Assembly (NCBI GenBank): GCA_963665115.1
Contig: OY762007.1
Coordinates: 7,808,001-7,872,000 of the forward strand
DNA length: 64,000 nucleotides
Source: an uncultured Rivularia sp.
GTDB taxonomy: Bacteria > Cyanobacteriota > Cyanobacteriia > Cyanobacteriales > Nostocaceae
Reading direction: 5' to 3'
Under the pieces are notes generated by a model. The model was not told the origin of the DNA. It did no database searches and worked only from the letters and a program-made list of their open reading frames with translations. The translations under genes and the position numbers were made by a program. Shown piece after piece: positions 33,423 through 45,675 of this stretch; the first letter of the stretch is position 1, and the number at the start of each line of letters is the position of its first letter.

Positions 33423-34004
33423 TTAACCTTTAAACTGTTCAACTTGTTCAATCGGTAATTGTCGAAAATTAATGTAATTATCGCGTCTATCGTTGAAACG
33501 TTCTTTTCTAATAGCAGATACAACCGCGAATGTAGTAAACGTGAAAAAAGTTACCATCAATGCTATTAGTATTGGAATCAATTGGTCGGTATCGCTATTG
33601 TTCGTGTTATTCCTATTGCTAGTATTATTTCTATCAGAAGTACTAGATGTATTGTTCCGATCGGAAGTACTAGATGTATTAGGTGTATGCCTTGCAGTCG
33701 GTTGAGGAGTTACGCTACTTGTACTGCCAACCAGTGTAATATCGCCTAAATCATGCTTATCTCCAGGTGAATTAATTTTTGATTTGTGGGTTTGATAACC
33801 GTTCGCTTCTACTGTTATCTGTCCCTGGAGAACTCCTTTGCTATCGGTAATTGCTGTAAATCGGTAAATTCCTTCGATATCGCTATAGGAAGCCACAGAA
33901 TTACCCTCATTTCCATCAAATGTGACCTTTGCCGCGCTAATAGGCGCTTGTTTGCTCCAATCAACAACACGACCAATATAATTAGCTTTTTGATTTCCAG
34001 ACAT
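33423..34004 (-). CDS. Carboxypeptidase-regulatory-like (transthyretin-fold) domain protein with low-complexity linker and C-terminal TM
   Basis: GRVVD...PISAAKV...SDIEGIYRF...[10 protein letters not shown]...[15 protein letters not shown] repeats; [26 protein letters not shown]. Confidence 0.65.
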   Translation of the reverse strand: MSGNQKANYIGRVVDWSKQAPISAAKVTFDGNEGNSVASYSDIEGIYRFTAITDSKGVLQGQITVEANGYQTHKSKINSPGDKHDLGDITLVGSTSSVTPQPTARHTPNTSSTSDRNNTSSTSDRNNTSNRNNTNNSDTDQLIPILIALMVTFFTFTTFAVVSAIRKERFNDRRDNYINFRQLPIEQVEQFKG

Positions 34005-34180
34005 GGTATATTAGTTTGTAATTCAAAACTCCTAACTTTGAAGACGGAGTTCCGAGTAGTTTAAGGAAGTTGTAAACATTTACCTTCTTTGGCTTATAAG
34101 GACTCCTTTTCCCAACCCCCAACCCCCAACTCCTAGTTCCCAGTAGAGACTTCGCAATTGCGAAGTCTCTATTGCTTTTT

Positions 34181-34262
34181 GGGTAATGGGTAATGGGTAA
34201 TGGGTAATGGGTAATGGGGCATTGGGCATTGGGCATTGGGGATTGGGCATTGGGCATGGGAG
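34181..34262 (+). repeat. STRR-type heptamer array (GGGTAAT, GGGCATT)n
   Basis: Seen directly. Confidence 0.9.
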
Positions 34263-34386
34263 AGAAGGGGAATTTTAGCCTTTAACCTTTAACCTTAATT
34301 ACTCCTAACTCTTCTTTTCAATCCAAAATCTAAAATCCAGTGCCCTAGTTCCCAACCACTAACAACTAACCACTAACCACTAACCA

Positions 34387-37300
34387 CTAACCACTAACTG
34401 TAATAGTCATTCTTCCTTGGGTACCGTAGCCAACCTCAGTGATTAAACGATTAGGATCGTGTAGTTCGGCTTGGATGTGGTTAACGCAGTTTTGGGGGTC
34501 GATTTGGGGGTGTATGTCAATTGCTCTACAAAAGACTTGTCCCCATTCCCAAGTAAGTGTTTTGGTTAATCCGAATAATCCACCAGCAATAGGACCAAAG
34601 TTGACTTTTTGTTCTAATCCAAATGCGCCATCGAGTCGAGTTACCGTACAGAAGCAGCTATATCCACTTTCTGCTGCTGCATTGAGGGATTTTTTGAGAT
34701 GCTTGGCAATGAAGAACACAAGTTTGGCGATCGCCTTTTCTTCTGGGGAGTAGTTTATATGGTTGGGAGCAGCGTTAAATATGGGATGAATATGGATGAA
34801 AGCTCCTATGGAACCGCAATTATCTGCAATTGCTTCTAGCTGTTGCTGTAGATGCTTTTCGCTGATGTCTTCTAAAATTATGTTTTTGATATTGCTCGAT
34901 AGTACCGAACGTCCGGGAACTATCGATTGGGGAAAGCTTAAAACTACGACTTTCAAACCCTTTTTTGTTAATGATTCGGCTAAAGCGGAGGTGGTGAGGG
35001 AGCCATCATCGGTAATAATAGTGATGCTTCCCTCTGGTAGTGCAAATTCTAAAAAATCGGGTTCGGGAAGGAATTGCAATTTTGCGGGATGTCTTGCAAC
35101 TCCCCCGATTTCATTTAATGGTTGGCTGATGTCAGAATGTAGCTTTTTTTTTTCACCTCCAGATAATGTCTGGAGATACTCAACTATTTGTCCGATTGTC
35201 CTTAGTTCGCTTACTTCTTCTAAGTTATCGGGTTTGGGTAAATCCGGGTATGCTTCTTGTAATGCACCCATGATTTCTACCCGTTTAATGGAATCAATAC
35301 CCAAGTCGGCTTCCATATCCATTTCCATTTCCAGCATTTCGACAGGATAACCCGTCTTTTCGCTGGTTATTTCTAGCATGGTTTGACCGAGGTTGCTCGT
35401 ATCAACGCTGGTTGAAACGATTTCTGTGCTTAGTTCAATATCACTATTGCTTTCTACGGTTTCGACTTCTTCGGGTTCTACAACTGTTTCGGGAAGGGAA
35501 ATATCAACTATAGGTTGACTAACTTCAATTTCAGCAGTTTGTATTTCAACGGTGCTGCTATTAGAAGAACCAAGAGATTGTAGATATTCTACGATTTGAC
35601 CAATAGTACGCAGTTCGCTTAGTTCTTCTACGTTATCGGACTTGGGTAAGTCAGGATACATCTCTTGCAATGCACCCATGATTTCTACCCGTTTGATGGA
35701 ATCGATGCCCAGATCGGCTTCCATATCCATATCCATCTCTAGCATTTCTACCGGATAACCCGTTTTTTCACTGGTGATAGCTAGGAGGTTTGTATCTAAA
35801 CCTGATAAGTCTACGGATGGAGAGGTGGCGAGATGGGAGGAAGGGGAGATGGGGAGAGTGGAACCATTCGTTGGGATTTCTTCTGTTACTGTATTTTCTA
35901 AAGTTGGTTGTGTAACTTTTTTTGTGGCAGCGACTACAGGTTCTGGTTTTGGTTCTGGTTTGGTTTCAACTATTGGCGTATTACCATTAGCTGGAGTTTC
36001 TTGGGTGACGGTATTTAGTACGGTTGGTTGTGAAGCTTTATTGGTAACGGGTACACTCAAGCTTGTTTTAACTTCTGCCTGGGTAATATCTTCGTTTTGA
36101 ATTACCTGTTCGTATTCTTGCTGGATGTGTTGGAAGAAGTTTTTGGTGTATTCTACTTGATTTTGTAGATACTGTTCGTGAACTTTGAGGGTATCTCCTT
36201 GATGGCTGTGGAACTGAACCATACCGCGCTCTAAGCTTTCGATAATTTTTGGCTTGAGTGTTTCGGCGGATTCAGTTTTAGCAAACAAAGAATTCTGCTG
36301 CCCCATCAATTGGAAAAATGTTTTAATATATTCCACTTGATGGTTGAGGTATTGAGCGTGAACTTGCAAATTCTCGCTTTGATTTTGTCCAAATTGAGTT
36401 AAGACGTATTCCAAGCTTTCTAAAACTTGTTCGTAATTTATTAGTTCGTTAGGCTTACTTTGCATATGCATATTTAATTTAGAAGTTGAATGCGAAGCGG
36501 GGGAGGGAGAGGGGGTGGAGGGGGTGGAGGAGGGAGAGGGGGTAGAATTTTCTATCTTGTTTCCTTGTTCCCTTGTTTCCTTGTCCTCTTCGATTGCTAC
36601 TGCTTTGTTATGTCCGTTTCCGTTGTTGTGATTAGGGATGGAGTCATGAGAAGAAGTGAAATTTTCTATATTCTCTCCTTGTCCCTTTTTCTCCTTATCT
36701 CCGTTACCGTTGCTGTTAACAGAAGCACTCGGAGTTACTGAAACAGTTGCTGTGTCGGATAAGGTAGAAATCTCTACTTGATGAGGTTCGCTAATAGCTT
36801 TTTCCCATCTCTGCTTTGTTTTCTCGGATACATAGTTGCTACCGTTTAATTTGATATTCAATCCTTTTTTAGTTTCAGCAGGTTTTACTGGTACTAATTG
36901 ATAGGGATCGAGATTTTTCAAAGTTATCCCGGCAACTCGTAACTGGATTACAGCTTCTCTTAAACAGTAGTCGCTGTCCTTTCTGGGACTTGAATTTAAA
37001 GCAATTGCCATGTGGGGGCGATCGCCTAATATATCTTTGACTAAATTGGTGAGAATTTTTCTAGGGCCGAATTCTACGAAGCAGTAACCGCCGTCTGCAT
37101 AGATGTTTTCGATTTCCTGTTTAAATAATACTGAATTGGATAGTTGTGATTCAAGGGTTTTTTGGACTTCTGCGGGTTCTGTTGAATGCTGTTTCCCTGT
37201 AACGTTGGTGTAGACGGGGATTGTGGGAGATTTAAAGGTAACGCTTTTGGTTGCGATCGCGAATGATTTCTGAGCGAAGGCTATCAATGGTGTGTGGAAT

Positions 37301-39790
37301 GCTGCGGCTACTGGTAACACTACAGCGGCACATCCGGAGTCGTGCAGAATCTTTTGCAGTTGATGAATTTCCGGTGTGGGGCCAGCTAATACAACTTGAC
37401 GGGGTGAGTTCAAGTTGGCAATTTGGATTTCGGGATACTGCTTGAGTACTGATTCGATTTTTCCTATGTCTTCTTTTACCGCCAACATTGCGCCGGTATC
37501 GTAGTTAGGATCTTCGGGTGCTGCCATTGCTTGGCCTCTAGCTTTGACTAAGGCGCAATAATCTGCGTCGCTCAAAGCTTGACTTGCCCACAGTGCTGTT
37601 AGTTCTCCGAAACTATGTCCGGCAACAAAATCAGGTTGAAATCCGGCTTGTTGCAGTACTTTATAGTATCCCGCGCTCAACATTCCGATAGCTGGCTGGG
37701 CGTATTCGGTGCGTTGCAATGCCGCGATTTGAGCGTTTTTATCGTTTTCTCCAAATACTGGGTGGGGAAAAACAATTTCAGAAAGCGGTTGCAAATTATC
37801 TTTAAGCAACAAGCTGTCCATGTAGCCGTATAGTTGGCGCAACTGGGGGAAGTTCATTAATACTTCTTTACCCATGTTGAGATATTGCGAACCTTGCCCG
37901 GAGAACAATGCAACTACTTTCCCCTTTAAATCCATACCTTCGGAACGGTAATGTATTCCGGTAGGATGTTCCCATTCGGTTGCCGATGGTTTGTTTTTCA
38001 GTAAGTCGATGGTTACTTGGAGTCTTTTACAAGTCTCCGATAAAGAGGATGCAACAAACCCAATTCTTGCGCTAGATTGAGGAATTTCTTTGAATTTGCT
38101 CGCTTCTACCAGTTCGGAATAATGTTTATTTGCTGCGGTAGATTGCAACTTTTCTAAAGTCTGTTCGCAAGTTTTTAATAATTGAGTGCGATCGTCTTCA
38201 AACAACAGCACTTGAGCGGGTGCATTATGCAAGCGATATGCACTATTGTGGTCGCTGTTATATTCTTCTAAGACTACATGATAATTGGTTCCACCAAAGC
38301 CAAAAGAGCTTACACCAGCACGTCTGGGGGCTTCAGAGCTAGGTGAAATCCAAGGACGAGTTTCTGTATTTAAGTAAAAGGGAGAATTCTTGATATTCAG
38401 TTTAGGATTGGGCACCGTAACGTTGATGCTCGGTGGCAATACCTTGTGATGCAGCGCCAAAGCTGTTTTAATCAAGCTAGCCGCACCAGCCGCAGCTTTA
38501 GTGTGTCCAATTTGCGATTTAACGCTACCCAATGCAATGTGCTGTCCTTTGGAATTGTCTTGGCTGAAATATTCCCGCAAAGATGCAAACTCGGTGGGGT
38601 CGCCCGCCATAGTCCCGGTACCGTGGGCTTCTACTAAATCTACAGTCAGAGGATCGAACCCTGCATCTTCATAAGCGCGTTGCAAAGCTTTGATTTGTCC
38701 TTCTTTACGGGGTGCGTAAATACTCTTAAATCTGCCGTCGCTAGAAGTACCAATACCCTTGATAACTGCATAGATTTTATCGTTATCTCTTTGGGCATCC
38801 GACAAACGCTTGAGAACTATCATTCCCAAACCTTCACCTAACATCATCCCGTCGGATTTTGCATCAAAAGGTTTAACTTTGTCGCCAGGAGAAACCGCAG
38901 GTGTTTTACTAAAACTGATATATGCTGAAACCGAATTATCTGTATCAACACCTCCAGTAAGCATCATATCGCTGCGATACTCTACCAATTCGGCGATCGC
39001 CATTTTTAAAGCAGCCAAAGAAACTAGCGCAAGCAGCATCCACCGTACAGTTAAGCCCGCCCAAGTTAAAGCGGTTGGCGATACGTCCAGAAATGACATT
39101 CGATAACATTCCGGGGAATGCATTCTCATCCCACTCAACGTAAGCACTTTGAATTTTTTCAATAATTTTTTGTGTATCTTCGTCAGATAAACCGCTGCTT
39201 TTTAAAGCTTTTCTCCATATGGGATACTGCAACCTCGAACTAAGCGGTACACCCAACTTCAAAGACGCTGAACCCAAGACTACTCCTACATTATCGCGGT
39301 TGAATTCGCGCTTTTCACTGTAGCCAGCATCTTCCATCGCTTCCTTCGCAACTACCAAACTTAATAGTTGCGAAACATCGGTAACTTCTAAAATATTCGG
39401 GGGAATACCAAATTCCATCGGGTTAAAGTCAACCTGGGGAATAAATCCACCCTTGTTACAATAAGTTTTATCTTCTTTTGTTCTAGGATTACTATCGTAA
39501 TAATCTTCTACATTCCAATGAGTTTCGGGAATATCGGTTATACAGTCTATTTCCGAGACAATATTCTGCCAATATTCTTGTATATTTCTAGCTTGAGGAA
39601 AAATTGATGCCATCCCAACAATGGCTATAGGATTATGTTGCAATTGTCTGTTAACTTTATTCATTGACATAGAATCTTTTGAGGGCATTTTTTCTTTGTT
39701 GACGTTAATAAACCTCTTCACAGCCTTTTCGCAATTGTTAATTTGTTCTTCCAATTGCGCCAATGCCTTATCGATGGATTGAGCCGACAT
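34387..39790 (-). CDS. hglE: HglE type I PKS (KS-AT-ACP-ACP-KR structural part); extra T near 39022
   Basis: IAIVGMAS, DAACAS(S), EAHGTGT, KSQIGH, AT GHSFG/AFH, two LGIDSIKRVEI ACPs; the two ORFs rejoin as VDAACASSLAALKMA. Confidence 0.9.
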
Positions 39791-40218
39791 AGGACATAAA
39801 ATAATTTGTATTGTTGCTTCCAAAAAGCGATTTAATCGAAACTGTAGCGACTATATAGTCATTTCTGCGGAAAAAACAGGTGGTTGCGATTAGTCCACAA
39901 GTAGTAATTTTGCGGAGCGATCGATTTCTACTCCCTACCTTTACCCGGCAATTTTGGGGAAGGTGAAGTACTAGTAACGACTATAAAATTCAGCTATACC
40001 TATCACGAGAAATAGATAGCATAGCTGCCCAATTAATTCAAAATTGGATAATAAACTTGGATAAGTAAATTATAAATACTTTTTCTCCAACAAAAATGTG
40101 AGAATAAGTGCAACCCCGATTAATTTGTTGTTTTAAAAATGTTTAGATAATTTCCCCTACCTATACTTTCCAATATTTTATCCCCATTGCGCGTCTATCT
40201 TAGGTTAGAGGAAACAAA

Positions 40219-40497
40219 CTAAATAACAGTTGTTTCGTGACATTCGGGCAAAAGGTCAATTACATTATTGAAGCTAGAAAAATAATCTTCTAATGCCTTT
40301 GCAGCTTGCCCAGTGAATTCCATCCATTCTTCTGGATGGTTATTGTAATACACGGTTTCCCATTCAAAAGGGGCAGGTTTGGGAGTAGCTACTAAAACAG
40401 AAACGCTATTCTTATCGGAGCCATTTTGATTATTAAACCTCACTGCGGCTATGTAATCCGTATTAATGACAACGTTCTGTATTTTAATAAATGCCAT
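40219..40497 (-). CDS. Small conserved hgl-island protein (position of asr5349/asr5350 in Anabaena PCC 7120)
   Basis: MAFIKIQNVVINTDYIAAV...WMEFTG.AA.AL.DYF; lies between the ParB-domain gene and hglE. Confidence 0.65.
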   Translation of the reverse strand: MAFIKIQNVVINTDYIAAVRFNNQNGSDKNSVSVLVATPKPAPFEWETVYYNNHPEEWMEFTGQAAKALEDYFSSFNNVIDLLPECHETTVI

Positions 40498-41332
40498 AGC
40501 TAATTTAAACGCCTTGGAAGATAATTTTATGAACTGTAAACAATAATGTTTGACAAGTAAGTTACAAAATCACACCATCTAAAATATTAAAAAGCATTAT
40601 TATAATACTTTATTTACTTGCACCAGTTAAACAATGATTTTATAGTCATAAATTGACAAATCATTACAGCTAAAAAACATAGTAATTAGACTGAATTTAA
40701 TTTTTAGTTATCCGTTACGAATGAACTAATCATTAAAAATCCAACTACCTGAGATAATTAGAATTAATACCAACAGTAGCACAGCTTAAATAAAGCAGAT
40801 GATACCGTTTTGAGCAATTAGGAAATAAATCTATAATTTTCAAACTGTTAATTAGAACAAAATTATCGCATTTACCGTATCAAAAAAAACTTCACATCTC
40901 TAAGGGTAATTGAACAAAAAGCCTAAAAAACATAAGCTCTTGTTTACTATGAAGTAGCTGTAAGTTTGTTGTAAAGGAATATCGGTAATTCTCAGGTACA
41001 GTTTAATATTGATTCTCTACAAAGCGTATTTATTCAAGGGAACATGATAATCAAAAAAAAATATCCGTAATCATTAATGGTTAAAAATCAAGTTAATATA
41101 TCAATTTCTAATATATCAATTTACATAAACAAAAATAGTTACTATTGATTATTTTAAGTTTTACGAATTGCTTGCAATGAAAAATTGCCAATTCAGATAC
41201 TTTCATTATTAGAAGAAAGAACAGATAAAAACTAAGCCAAATTAACGCATAGTTCGCTTTGAGCAGTTAGATAAAGATTGGGGATTGGGGATTGGGAATT
41301 GGGAATGGGTAATTGGTAATTGGTAATTTATT

Positions 41333-41487
41333 AAACCCGCCTGCGCGGGTTTTGTTTGCGTAGCCGAGCGAGTGCGTTGGGCGGTGAAACACTTGCGGTG
41401 GAAGGGTTCCCCGGCATAAGCAAAGTGTTGAACCCGGAGGGGTTTCCCGACAGTACGGCAACTGGCGTGTGGTTTCAACCGCCAGGT
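41333..41487. repeat. Composite (nested) short dispersed palindromic elements
   Basis: GC-rich island AAACCCGCCTGCGCGGGTTT...AACACTTGC...GCAAAGTGTT...CAACTGGCGT...CAACCGCCAGG in AT-rich DNA, next to STRR repeats at 41278-41326. Confidence 0.65.
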
Positions 41488-41511
41488 ATTTTCAACCCAC
41501 ATTCTCCCCTC

Positions 41512-42897
41512 TCAAAAATACAAATAATTAGAACGGGCTATCTTCTCGGGTTGTCTTTCCGTCCATCTTCCCCAACGGGATATTCCGCTACTAATTGCAG
41601 AAAGATTTTCGTCGCCGATAAAACAAACCCGTCGCATTTTTTCGCAAGTTATTAAAATTTCGCCGTTACCCATAAATGGTGCAATTACATAATTGTTTTG
41701 AGTTGTAAACATATTGATCAAATACTGTATTATCCCTTCCACGTTGTCCAAGTTGATTGGTATCTGTGGCTTGGATATTGCTTCTCGCGAAAAAATACCA
41801 ATGTATATTTTGCCCAGTAACAACTCGTACTGAAAATTCATCCGGGTGGTGCTGCAAAATTGATAAATATTGTTTTCCGAACGCAATACAGCTACGACGG
41901 CAGCTTCATCTACCAAATAATCGTGATTCCATGTATCTGAAAAAGTGGCAATCGCTAAAGCCGCGTTTGAGGGCAAGAGTCGAATAAAGTCTTTTTGAGC
42001 AGTATCACCGTAGTATACAAGATGGCGATTGCCTAAAGTCCATTTATCTCCAATTAATGAAGGCGACTCTTGATTAAAAATTAACGTGTTGAGAATTTTT
42101 GGCTGTTCCACTCTTTGTTGTTCCTTCTTAGTTCCGGACTTTGCCTGAAGTTCTGCCATTGCGCTGTGAAAGGCTTGTAGCTGCAATTCTTCTTGTTGAG
42201 CGCGTAATTTTGCAGCAATTTTGGCTTCTCGTTCAGCTTCTTGATAATTGCCTTTATTTTTCGCGACTTCATAAGCTTTTAAAGCTTTTTCTACTAAAAT
42301 TCGTTCTTTTCTACCAGTTCTAGCAATCAAAAGTAACGTGGTTTTTTTGTCCGCTATAGGGGTTTTCTGAATAATTTTCTGAATGTTTGGGGCTATATCT
42401 CTGGCTATCTGCTTATCATGTTGCCAACTGCGTTCGCTATAACCAGCTTGTTTTGCTAATTCCTGGGTGGTTTTGGGAGGTGGTGAAATAATTTCACTAC
42501 CATTTTCAGAAGCTTTGAGAGTGTATTGATTATCTCCTGCTTTTGCTCTCATTCCTAATTTAACAAGAATTTTTTCTCGTTCTAATACCAGCCTGCCTCT
42601 TTCAAGGGGTTCAAGCTCGTTACGAATTAAATTTTCGTCGATTTCGGCTAATCTGGCGTTTTCGTCGGAATCATAAGTAACTATATTGCATTCAACTTGT
42701 TTAAAACCTAGCAAAATCAGGGCTGTTAACCGATGCAATCCAGCAATCAAATTAAAATTGTGGTCTACCGTGATCGGATTGAGCAAACCATTCAACTCTA
42801 TAGATTTTTTTAACTGCTCGACTTTTTCATCATTAATAGGACGACGATTGTTACCGTATTTGATTTTTTCTATCGATACTTTAGATATTCCAGACAT
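41512..42897 (-). CDS. ParB N-terminal-domain protein with degenerate DNA-methyltransferase-like C-terminus (alr5348-like position)
   Basis: SIELNGLLNPITV...LIAGLHRL...AEIDENLIR; GDKWTLGNRHLVYYGD; VIAPFMGNGEILITCEKMRRVCF. Confidence 0.75.
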   Translation of the reverse strand: MSGISKVSIEKIKYGNNRRPINDEKVEQLKKSIELNGLLNPITVDHNFNLIAGLHRLTALILLGFKQVECNIVTYDSDENARLAEIDENLIRNELEPLERGRLVLEREKILVKLGMRAKAGDNQYTLKASENGSEIISPPPKTTQELAKQAGYSERSWQHDKQIARDIAPNIQKIIQKTPIADKKTTLLLIARTGRKERILVEKALKAYEVAKNKGNYQEAEREAKIAAKLRAQQEELQLQAFHSAMAELQAKSGTKKEQQRVEQPKILNTLIFNQESPSLIGDKWTLGNRHLVYYGDTAQKDFIRLLPSNAALAIATFSDTWNHDYLVDEAAVVAVLRSENNIYQFCSTTRMNFQYELLLGKIYIGIFSREAISKPQIPINLDNVEGIIQYLINMFTTQNNYVIAPFMGNGEILITCEKMRRVCFIGDENLSAISSGISRWGRWTERQPEKIARSNYLYF

Positions 42898-44227
42898 AAT
42901 TACTGTTCTTTCATAACGATATACCGACTGATATTTGATTGATTGTTGGATGCCTTTTAAATTACTTTAAAATCTCAGAAAATAATGTTATGTCATAAAA
43001 CTGATAATAGCTTGATATAAACTAAATTTCCATAATCATAAAATTTCATGAAAGCCCGAACGTGATAAAATTATTCCTCTTATATTGGATTAAATCAATC
43101 TACTTGATAGCAAAAATATCATAGCTAAAACTAAACTTTATAAACTAAACTATTGAGATAAGCATTTTCATGCTTGATGTTTATGGACGTTATCTCAGGG
43201 CTATTTGCTCCCTTGTGTGACGAATTTAAATAATAAAATTTTTAGAATGTATTTGTTGCCACCAAAATGCTGTAAAAAATAATTATCGTATTATTATAAG
43301 GCTAATTTTAATACCAGTATTTTCAAATAAATACGACAAGTATATTTTGGAGAGTACTACGACATAACCCTTTGAGCATCTACAATCTAAAATGAAACGT
43401 CAGGTCTTAAAGCTGCAAATTAATTAGTTCCGTAGCTATTATTTGTACTAAGAAACATATGTATGTAAGGAAAAAACTATGCCCCTTTAGCAGGTTGACA
43501 ATATCAAACTTGTTTGACATACTTGAAGACAAGTTTTTTTGGGCTATTAACTAGGCGCTTCATTTATATTTAGCTGTAATTAAAATTTAATTTTTGTGAA
43601 GAGTGTTACTGCTATTTCCTAGAACAATGCCTTATTAATAATATAGAATAAAAATTAGTAAATATTTCGCTAGTAATTCATTAATTTTTTTCTACAGGAT
43701 ATTAGCGATCGGCGAAATATTACAGATTAAAGATGAGAGGTTAAATTTTAGACCAGCCTATTTTAGAATTTAGATTAAACTTCCACTCCGACGCAGGTTA
43801 ACGAGGTAGCTAAATTAAAAATCGCAAATTATTAACCCGCAATTTAAAATCTCAAATTGCCCCGGTTTATTTTTCAAGTAAAGTATCGTTCAAAATTCCT
43901 ACATCGTGTTAGGTAAAGTTGAATATTCCACACACATTTTTAATTGTTTATGCACGCGGTTACTAGTAGTCTATCTGCGGGAGCGAAGGAAGATTTTTAC
44001 CTATACCTACTCCCTACTCTCCACCCTCACCAGGTGTAATAAAAGGGTTTGTTGAGTATTAAGATAACTAGAAAATTTTTCAGCACATTATTATCTGCTG
44101 TCTTTGCGTAAAATCCGTCTTTGTATTAATAACGGGTTTCGGACAGAGTAAATCGGTTTTCTTAAGTAACTATTATAAGATCATCACCGTAATACAAAAC
44201 TTGGCTCTTCACAACTGGAATCAAAAT

Positions 44228-45425
44228 ATGTCAGCAGATAAGGAAAGGAAGTTTCTTGAAAAAACCCCCCCAAAGAGACGATTAATTTTAGCGACTTCCA
44301 TTGCTTTAGCTACAGCGATCGTTAGTTTCTTCAGCTATATACGATTTCGCCCTAGCATTCAAACCGAATCTCCTACCCCTGTAAATACAACTCCTGCGAG
44401 GGTAGCAATCACAGCTTTAGGGACGTATAGAACCCGAAGGTAAGGTGATTCAATTATCCGCTCCTAATTCAGTGAGTGGCTCGCGGGTAGAGAAACTATT
44501 TGTAAATCAAGGAAGTAAAGTAAAAACCGGACAAGTAGTAGCATTGCTTGACGGCTACGAGAAAGCTACAGTCAACGTACAACAAGCTTTAGATAAAGTC
44601 AGAGTTGCTCAAGCCAAATTAGCACAAGTAAAAGCTGGAGCAAAAAGAGGAGACATAGACGCGGCTCAAGCAGCAGCTGATAGATTACAGTCTCAACTAC
44701 AAGGAGAAATTGCTACGGGAAATGCTACTGTTGCACGGTTGCAAGCAGAGTTAGATAATGCTCAAACTGAATATAATCGCTACCAAAAGCTGTACAAACA
44801 GGGAGCGGTTTCGACTTCGATAGCAGATACTAAAAGTCTGCAAGTAAGCACATTACAGCAGCAACTTAATGAAGCTCAAGCAACCCTCAATCGTAGTGTT
44901 AATACTCTGCAAGACCAAATCAGAGAAGCTAAAGCAAAATTAAACAGCATCCAGGAAGTTCGTCCTCAAGATCTTCAACTTGCACAAGCTGAAGTCAAAA
45001 GTGCAACCAGTGCTGTAGAACAAGCCAAAGCAGAACAGGAATTAAGCGTTCTTAAATCTTCTATTACCGGGACAGTATTAAAAATTAATACTAAACCAGG
45101 AGAAATAGTTTCCTCTGAAGGAATAATGGAGATAGGTAGAACAAATCAGATGTATGTGATAGCGGAAGTTTATCAGACAGATATTCAGAAAGTGCGTCTG
45201 GGTCAAAAAGTTATCATTTCCAGTACAGCATTACCTCGGGAATTAAAAGGAACCGTTACCGAGATTGGGTTATTAGTTGATAGACAAAAAATTCTCAATA
45301 TTAATCCAGGAGCAGATACCGACAGAAGAATTGTGGAAGTAAAAATTCGCATTGACGAACTAGAAGACAACAAGCTAATTATGGGTTTAACAAATTTACA
45401 GGTAGATGTGGCCATTCAAATATAA
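44228..45425 (+). CDS. hgdB: DevB-family membrane fusion protein (HgdB-like); extra G near 44420
   Basis: ITALG/RIEPEGKVIQLSAP, coiled coil, AEVYQTDI, DRRIVEVKI, LTNLQVDVAI. Confidence 0.82.
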
Positions 45426-45675
45426 TAGGACTTAGGGAGTGAAACCAAAAATAAAGGTTTTAGGCTATAGGGAAAAGGAAACGGGGAACTTTTAATTACA
45501 GCGATTTTAAATATCTAAGTGCGTAAATCCTATATAAGCAAGAACCAATTTGAAGGGTGAATTTAAAAATTGGTATTAGGTAATGAGTCATTGGGATATT
45601 TTTCAGTTGAAAGAATTGATCGGAATAAACAAGGGTAATGATTTTTACCTACGGACAATAATAGCTATATAAACG

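Noticed and set aside
39015..39030. Programmed frameshifting or phase variation in hglE and other split genes
   Set aside because: The runs are only 3-6 nt, there is no consistent slippery motif, and unrelated genes are affected alike; sequencing error is simpler
34439..39106. Plus-strand ORFs antisense to hglE, and similar shadow ORFs elsewhere
   Set aside because: They lie entirely opposite well-supported genes and carry no recognisable motifs
24792..39790. Novel secondary-metabolite or PUFA (pfa) cluster
   Set aside because: Gene order, the ACP-reductase, devBC-like genes and hglT match the known heterocyst glycolipid island
40985..40999. NtcA site GTAATTCTCAGGTAC
   Set aside because: The spacer is 9 nt, not the 8 nt of the consensus
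41512..42897. Prophage or plasmid partition system
   Set aside because: No parA, integrase or phage structural genes; a ParB-domain gene at this position is part of the known hgl island
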